64,000 nucleotides of DNA, from contig CAVVYZ010000009.1 of the NCBI GenBank assembly GCA_963752595.1, positions 288,001-352,000 of the forward strand, written 5' to 3'. The notes under the pieces are model-generated. The model was not told the origin of the DNA. It searched no databases and was given only the letters and a program-made list of their open reading frames with translations. The stretch is from an uncultured delta proteobacterium (GTDB lineage Bacteria; Desulfobacterota; Desulfomonilia; UBA1062). The translations under genes and the position numbers were made by a program. Below, piece by piece: positions 58,362 through 64,000 of this stretch; the first letter of the stretch is position 1, and every line of letters starts with the position of its first letter.

Positions 58362-59362
58362 ATGTCAGAAAAACTGCACCGTGTAGTGATCATCGGCGGA
58401 GGGTTCGGAGGGCTTTCGGCGGCCCGGGCACTGAAAGGTGCACCCGTACAGGTTACCCTCATCGACAAGTGCAATTTTCACCTTTTCCAGCCCCTGCTCT
58501 ATAAGGTTGTCACGGGCCTGCTGTGCCCCTCGGAAATCACATCACCCCTGCGCCTCATCCTCATAGGGCAAAAGAATACAACCGTTCTCCTCGGAGAGGT
58601 GACCGGCGTTGACCCGAATGCCGAATGCGTCCTTCTGAATGACGGCGAAATCGGGTACGACACCCTGATCATGGCTGCCGGCATGGTGAACGACTATTAC
58701 GGTAATGACGAGTGGCAGAAGTATGCGCCGGGCCTGAAGACCATCGAAGATACCGCGAGGATACGGCAGCGCATTTTCTACGCCTTCGAGGTCGCAGAAC
58801 GCGAGCCCGACCCAAAGGAACGCGAGCGCTGGCTGACGTTCGTTGTTATCGGGACCGGAGACGCCGGCGTTGAGCTTTCCGGCATGATCGCGGAGATCGC
58901 GATGAACACCCTCAAGGGAGAGTTCCGCACCATACGCCCCGAGGAATCGAAGATACTGCTTTTGGACGCTGCAGACCGCATCCTGCCCTCGTATCCCAAA
59001 GGCCTCTTTCGATTAACAGAAAAGTCGCTGAAAAGGCTTGGCGTGCACACGCAGACGCTTACCAGGGTCGTGGAGATCGACGAGCACGGCATCACCGTCG
59101 AACGGCCGGGGGAAAAGAATATATCCCTGCACGGACCGTGATCTGGGCATCAGGGGTGACCGCATCCCCGCTGGGAAGACTCCTGGCGGAGAAAACCGGC
59201 GCAGGAACGGACAAGCTGTGGCGCGTCATCGTGAGCTCCGACCTCACCATCCCGGACCGTCCGGAAATATTCATAGTCGGCGACCTCGGTCACTGTGAAG
59301 GGAAAAACAAATCGCCGATGCCCGGTCTTGCACCCGGAAACCTTAAAAAGCAGGGCACCTGA
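58362..59362 (+). pseudogene. ndh: Type II NADH dehydrogenase, frameshifted and C-terminally truncated
   Basis: 'GGGFGG', 'FQPLLY', degenerate 'GTGDAGVE', 'WASGV', 'VGD', similarity ends at 'PGLAP'. Confidence 0.7.
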
Positions 59363-59396
59363 TCCGTTTTACGTTCTGTTTCTCATTGCCAAGACG

Positions 59397-59957
59397 TTAC
59401 CGGGAAAACGTAGCAGTGAGCTTCGCCTTTGCCAGGGCATGCTGGTTCAGGTTGAAGCCCACCATGGCGCCCGACGCGTTTTCATCCAGGGGAAGCGATT
59501 CGACGTCAAGGGCATAGACGGTAAAGATATAGCGGTGGGGTTTATCTCCGGGGGGAGGACACGGCCCGCCGAAGCCGGGTTTTCCGAAATCGGTCCGGCT
59601 CTGTATGCTTCCCTTCGGTGCTGCCCCCGATGCCGGATCGCCTGCATTTTTCGGCAGAGCGTGAACTTTGGCCGGGATATTGAATACGATCCAATGCCAC
59701 CAGCCGCTTCCGGTCGGCGCATCGGGATCATATACCGTCACGGCAAAGCTTTTCGTGTTTGCAGGGGCTCCTTCCCACTGGAGCGCCGGGGAAGCGTTCT
59801 TGCCCGTGCATCCCATTCCGGAGAACACCTGCTCCATATCCATAGATTTGCCCTGCCGGAGCTGGGGGCTGGTAAGGGTAAAAATCGCTCCAAAGGCGGA
59901 TACCGAAAGCATAACCCCGCAAACGACACCTATAAGCGCAATACATCGTTTCGACAT
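59397..59957 (-). CDS. YbhB/YbcL (PEBP/Raf kinase inhibitor-like) exported protein
   Basis: 'SP.L.W', 'DPDAPTGSGWWHW', 'GPCPP', 'HRY.FTVYAL'. Confidence 0.92.
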   Translation of the reverse strand: MSKRCIALIGVVCGVMLSVSAFGAIFTLTSPQLRQGKSMDMEQVFSGMGCTGKNASPALQWEGAPANTKSFAVTVYDPDAPTGSGWWHWIVFNIPAKVHALPKNAGDPASGAAPKGSIQSRTDFGKPGFGGPCPPPGDKPHRYIFTVYALDVESLPLDENASGAMVGFNLNQHALAKAKLTATFSR

Positions 59958-60147
59958 GTCTTCCTCCTCTCTTCCATTCTCACGGCAGCCCGGATTACAA
60001 GCTAGAAAAAGAATTCCACTTATAAATTGTTCCTCTACGTGTTTCAATACAACGTTCCCCTTTCAACTCAAGGCGCTCTCGAAGTCATCCGGTCCCATGC
60101 CGGTCATGGCACGGAGTATTCTTTGACCCTGTCTGCAGAAAACGGAG

Positions 60148-60200
60148 TTGACAAAACAGGGCAGAGTGCATAAGAATTCATTCAAGTAAATGTTTGAATG
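60148..60200 (+). promoter_or_regulatory. Sigma70 promoter and ArsR/CadC operator
   Basis: TTGACA 60148, TAAGAA 60171; inverted repeat CATTCAA-GTAAATGT-TTGAATG 60179-60200 resembling cad operators. Confidence 0.7.
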
Positions 60201-60248
60201 ATCAGATACGTACTCTATACCCGCATTCTTCAGAAAGGGACTGACGAG

Positions 60249-60659
60249 ATGGCTGTTGAAAAGGGAGACTTAACCGGCAGAAAGGTGCTCGACGATACCG
60301 GCAGGCAGGATATCTGTGAGATATTCTGTTCCGATGCATCCAAGGTAAGCAGGCTTCGAAAAGATGTCCACCGGGCAAAAGGGCTGGGGAGCCTGTTCAA
60401 GGCGTTTGCCGACGAAACGAGGTCGGCCATCCTCTATTGCCTGTCAAAGGAGGAGCTGTGCGTCTGTGATGTGGCCCTTATCATGGGCATGTCGGTTCAG
60501 GCTGTCTCCCACCACCTGAGGCTGCTGAAGGCCTCCGACATCGTCCGTTACCGCCGAGAAGGCAAGATCGTCTACTACTCCCTGGATGACGACCACATTG
60601 CAACCCTGCTTCAGGAAGGGCTTGCACATGTGCAGCACACCCGAAGCCCGCATCCCTGA
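60249..60659 (+). CDS. cadC: ArsR/SmtB metalloregulator (CadC-like)
   Basis: 'DICEIFC', 'ELCVCD', 'VSHHL..L', 'YSLDDDH'. Confidence 0.88.
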   Translation: MAVEKGDLTGRKVLDDTGRQDICEIFCSDASKVSRLRKDVHRAKGLGSLFKAFADETRSAILYCLSKEELCVCDVALIMGMSVQAVSHHLRLLKASDIVRYRREGKIVYYSLDDDHIATLLQEGLAHVQHTRSPHP

Positions 60660-60674
60660 CCGGAGGAGATTTTC

Positions 60675-63038
60675 ATGGACAACCAGGCACATACGCAGAA
60701 ACAAAGCATCACGGTCACCGGCCTCGACTGCCCGGATTGCGCAGCCTCGCTTGAAAAGCGGATCAATTCGATCCCGGGTGTCACCCGGGCAGAGATCAAT
60801 GTGGTAACCTCGCGGCTGCTCCTTGAGCATACCGCGCCTTTGGAAAAGATTATCCTGGCTGTGGAAGATGCCGGATACGGCGTAGAGAAAGAGCAGCCCG
60901 AAGCGCTCTGGACAAAAACCGTGTTCAGGCTCACGGGCCTCGATTGCGCAGATTGCGCTTCGAAACTTCAAGCTCGGCTTTCCAGTGCCGAAGGAATCCG
61001 TGACGTATCCTTGAATTTCATGGCGGCAAAGCTTGAGTTAAGCCACAGCACCCCTGTCGAGTCCGTTCAGGAAATCATAAGGCAGGCAGGGTATGGTGCC
61101 GTGCCTGAATCTGAAACGAAAGTCCGGACGCACAAAGAAGCATACCAGGCCGATCCAAGGTTCTATACCACCGTTCTTTCAGGTGTCCTGCTGATTTCCG
61201 CCTGGCTCTCAAGCGCCTTCGTGCCCGAGGATGCCGTAACTGCCCTTTACCTGGCCACCATACTCGTCGGCGGGTTCTGGACCATACGGCGGGGCATTTC
61301 GTCGCTCCGGTCGCTCATCTTCGACATGAACGTCATGATGACCATAGCCGTCACCGGTGCAGTGCTCATCGGCGAGTGGTCCGAAGGGGCAACCGTAGCC
61401 TTTCTCTATTCGCTGAGCAACATGCTGGAATCCATGACCATGGAAAAGACCCGCAAATCCATCCGCTCGCTCATGGATCTGGCCCCGAAAGAAGCAACGG
61501 TCCGCCGGGACGGTGTCGAGATGCGTGTCGGGATAGGGGAAGTCGGAGCAGGCGAGATCGTCATCGTCAAACCCGGAGAAAAGATCTCGGTTGATGGAAT
61601 CGTTACGGCCGGTGCCACCTCGATCGACCAGTCGCCCATTACCGGCGAATCCGTGCCTGTGGATGCGTCCGCCGGGGATGAGGTGTTCGCCGGGACCGTG
61701 AACAAACAGGGGGCCGTCGAGATCCGGGTCACGAAAACGGCGGATGATACCACGCTTGCCAAGATCATCCACCTCGTGGAGGAAGCGCAGTCACAGAGGG
61801 CCCCATCCCAGGCTTTTGTCGACCGTTTTGCGAGCTACTACACCCCTGCGGTTCTCATCCTGGTTGCAGGCATGGCCGTCATCCCATCCCTGCTCTTTGC
61901 GCAGCCGTGGGAGCCGTGGATTTACCGGGCACTGGCCCTCGTTATCGTTGCGTGTCCGTGTGCCCTCGTGATATCCACGCCTGTCGCCATCATCTCGGCC
62001 ATCGGCAACGCTGCCAAGCACGGCGTGCTGATCAAAGGCGGGGCGTTTCTCGAGCAGGCAGGGAGCTTGAAAGTCATTGCGTTCGACAAGACAGGGACCC
62101 TCACGCAGGGCCGACTGGAGGTGATAGATGTCCTGCCGGCTCCGGGGGTAAACGAGATCGACCTTCTCGAACTCGCCGCAGCAATCGAGATGCGCTCGGA
62201 GCATCCGCTCGCGGAAGCTATCCTCAAAAGGGCCAGGCTTGTGAGCTCGACTGTCCCTGCCCCGGATTTCTTCGAGGCTCTCCACGGCAAGGGAGTAAAG
62301 GCATCGTTTAGCGGGGATACATATTATGCAGGGAAACCCGGTCTTTTCGCAGAAATGGGCATCCCTTTAAGTGATCTGGAGCATACGATCCGTTCGCTGC
62401 AGATTCAGGGAAAGACTGTCATGCTTGTGGGAACGGATACGGGTGTGCTCGGCGCCATAGCGGTTGCCGATGAAATCCGGCCGGAGAGCGCTCGCAGCAT
62501 ACAATCACTGCACGCAGCGGGGATAGAAAAGGTGATCATGCTCAGCGGGGACAATGCGGAGACGGCCCGGGCAATCGGGAAAAAGCTCGGAATGGAAGAA
62601 GTACGGGCCGAACTGCTGCCGCAGGACAAGGTGGACGAGGTGAGAGACCTTCTCCGTCAGCACGGCCGGGTGGCAATGGTCGGCGACGGCATCAACGACG
62701 CACCCGCACTGGCAACGGCGACCGTAGGCATCGCCATGGGCACGGCCGGGACAGACACCGCGCTCGAGACCGCGGATATTGTGCTCATGTCGGACGACCT
62801 CACCAAGCTTCCCTATACCATCGGTTTGAGCCGCAAGGCGTTGAAGATCATCAGGCAGAACATCGCGTTCTCCATCATCGTCAAGCTCCTGGCCGTCAGC
62901 CTTATCTTTCCGGGCTGGCTCACACTGTGGCTCGCTGTCCTTTCAGACATGGGAGCATCCGTCCTGGTGACCTTGAACGGCATGCGGCTGATCAACGGGA
63001 AAGCTTCTTCCACGTCAACCCACGGCAGAGAGCCTTGA
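60675..63038 (+). CDS. cadA: P1B-2 heavy-metal (Zn/Cd/Pb) ATPase
   Basis: Two GLDCxxC domains, TGES, CPC, DKTGT, SEHP, GDGIND, 'D.G...V.LN'. Confidence 0.93.
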   Translation: MDNQAHTQKQSITVTGLDCPDCAASLEKRINSIPGVTRAEINVVTSRLLLEHTAPLEKIILAVEDAGYGVEKEQPEALWTKTVFRLTGLDCADCASKLQARLSSAEGIRDVSLNFMAAKLELSHSTPVESVQEIIRQAGYGAVPESETKVRTHKEAYQADPRFYTTVLSGVLLISAWLSSAFVPEDAVTALYLATILVGGFWTIRRGISSLRSLIFDMNVMMTIAVTGAVLIGEWSEGATVAFLYSLSNMLESMTMEKTRKSIRSLMDLAPKEATVRRDGVEMRVGIGEVGAGEIVIVKPGEKISVDGIVTAGATSIDQSPITGESVPVDASAGDEVFAGTVNKQGAVEIRVTKTADDTTLAKIIHLVEEAQSQRAPSQAFVDRFASYYTPAVLILVAGMAVIPSLLFAQPWEPWIYRALALVIVACPCALVISTPVAIISAIGNAAKHGVLIKGGAFLEQAGSLKVIAFDKTGTLTQGRLEVIDVLPAPGVNEIDLLELAAAIEMRSEHPLAEAILKRARLVSSTVPAPDFFEALHGKGVKASFSGDTYYAGKPGLFAEMGIPLSDLEHTIRSLQIQGKTVMLVGTDTGVLGAIAVADEIRPESARSIQSLHAAGIEKVIMLSGDNAETARAIGKKLGMEEVRAELLPQDKVDEVRDLLRQHGRVAMVGDGINDAPALATATVGIAMGTAGTDTALETADIVLMSDDLTKLPYTIGLSRKALKIIRQNIAFSIIVKLLAVSLIFPGWLTLWLAVLSDMGASVLVTLNGMRLINGKASSTSTHGREP

Positions 63039-63070
63039 GATATACTGCCGCTCGTGCTTTCTCAACTTTG

Positions 63071-63110
63071 CCCCCTCACCCCGCCCACTCCACCGTTTCC
63101 GGGAGAGAGC
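63071..63110 (+). repeat. Degenerate REP-like palindrome
   Basis: CCCCTCACCCCGCCCACTCCACC...GGGAGAGAG, same class as 23687-23730. Confidence 0.4.
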
Positions 63111-63156
63111 AAGGGAAAAGGGGTTGCTCACCTACAGGATAAAATTTGACGAGAGG

Positions 63157-63444
63157 CTAGAGCAGTTCGAGGAAGTCTTTCCACGGTGTTCCCGGCAGCG
63201 TTTCGGTTACGGAATGTCCATAGGTGCGTATGATCATTACAGCCTTTTCCAGCTGTTTCGGGTCATTGCACTCGACGATATCTACGGTATCGAAACGGCC
63301 CATCACGGAATAGCTTTCCTTCCAGACAACACTCGGGCACTCCCTCTTGATGTGCTCGGCCACGCGTTCGGCGAGCTTCTTGAAGCCCTTCGGGTCTCTC
63401 AGTGCATCCGGGGACAGCCGGCTCAGGATTATATATGTCTGCAT
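63157..63444 (-). CDS. GYD domain protein
   Basis: 'MQTYIIL..L', 'Y.VMGRFD.V.I.E', 'TETL'; AAGGAGG RBS. Confidence 0.82.
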   Translation of the reverse strand: MQTYIILSRLSPDALRDPKGFKKLAERVAEHIKRECPSVVWKESYSVMGRFDTVDIVECNDPKQLEKAVMIIRTYGHSVTETLPGTPWKDFLELL

Positions 63445-63553
63445 GGGGAACCTCCTTGCTGGTTCTTTAGGCATGGTTCATAAGGATATTAATAATATGC
63501 TCCGGCGGAAAAATCTCCTGGTGCAGCACACGGGTCCTCACCCTTTAAGGAGA

Positions 63554-64000
63554 TCAGGATCCGGACACGGTCATCTTGTTGTCCACGCCCCTGACGCCCT
63601 GGACATCGGTGATGATCTTGGTGACGAGATCCTTCTCCGCTGCATTCTTTGCAGTGCCGCGTACCGTAACAATGCCGTTGTTCGTGTCAACCGCCGCATT
63701 TACTGTTCTCGTAGAACTGCGGGACATCAGGGCGAGCATTACCTGCGCAGTAATGGATGCATCATCGATCTTTTGTCCAATGGTCTGCTGCCCGGTTCCC
63801 GAAGCGCCCTTTACGGTCATCTCGTTGACAACCCCTTTGACCCCGCCGACATCCTTGGCGTACTCTGCAGTCAACTCTCTCTGCGCGTCGTTTTCTGCTT
63901 CGCCCCGCAAGGTTACGATGCCGTTCCTGACAGAAATATCCGTATTCCCGGCGTTCACATTCTGATGGACGATCAGGGCTGCCTTGACCCGTGCTGCGAG
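63554..64000 (-). CDS. BON domain (OsmY-like) protein, 5' truncated by window
   Basis: Two BON repeats 'DD..IT..V', 'G.VTL.G', 'GV..V.N'. Confidence 0.88.
   Translation of the reverse strand, partial: LAARVKAALIVHQNVNAGNTDISVRNGIVTLRGEAENDAQRELTAEYAKDVGGVKGVVNEMTVKGASGTGQQTIGQKIDDASITAQVMLALMSRSSTRTVNAAVDTNNGIVTVRGTAKNAAEKDLVTKIITDVQGVRGVDNKMTVSGS

Overview
64-kb chromosomal segment (GC roughly 55-60%), most likely from an anaerobic deltaproteobacterium (Desulfobacterota/Syntrophales-like). This is inferred from a DUF6178 protein, a Sec-containing Tat formate dehydrogenase and a long Re-citrate synthase. Contents in order: TolC C-terminus, DUF6178, pdxT remnant, PilZ, FTR/glutaredoxin, selenocysteine fdnGHI-type operon (in-frame UGA plus SECIS), orphan ABC substrate-binding protein, a long minus-strand argBDFGH-lipoprotein-lysA-dapAB-FAH-folK-HK-slt-pgsA operon, a signalling-rich block (HK/NarL pair-gdhA-isochorismatase opposite a KaiC-like/PPDK_N fusion; PAS kinases; Na/Ca antiporter; kaiC-kaiB-kaiB-hybrid kinase), csp, a sigma54-preceded orphan atpZ-like gene, hisS-aspS-LysM-Re-citrate synthase(+Cache)-icd, radical SAM, trmO, long ndk, uppP, truncated ndh, cadC-cadA and stress genes (GYD, BON). 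Many genes, including housekeeping ones, are split by single-base indels, most likely sequencing errors. No rRNA, tRNA, CRISPR array or IS was recognised. Best candidates for an under-described system: (i) the gdhA locus with HK/NarL, tandem palindromes and a degenerate-KaiC + PPDK_N protein, (ii) the non-cyanobacterial Kai cluster with its output kinase, (iii) the Cache-fused Re-citrate synthase. All family assignments come from motif recognition by eye; no searches were run.
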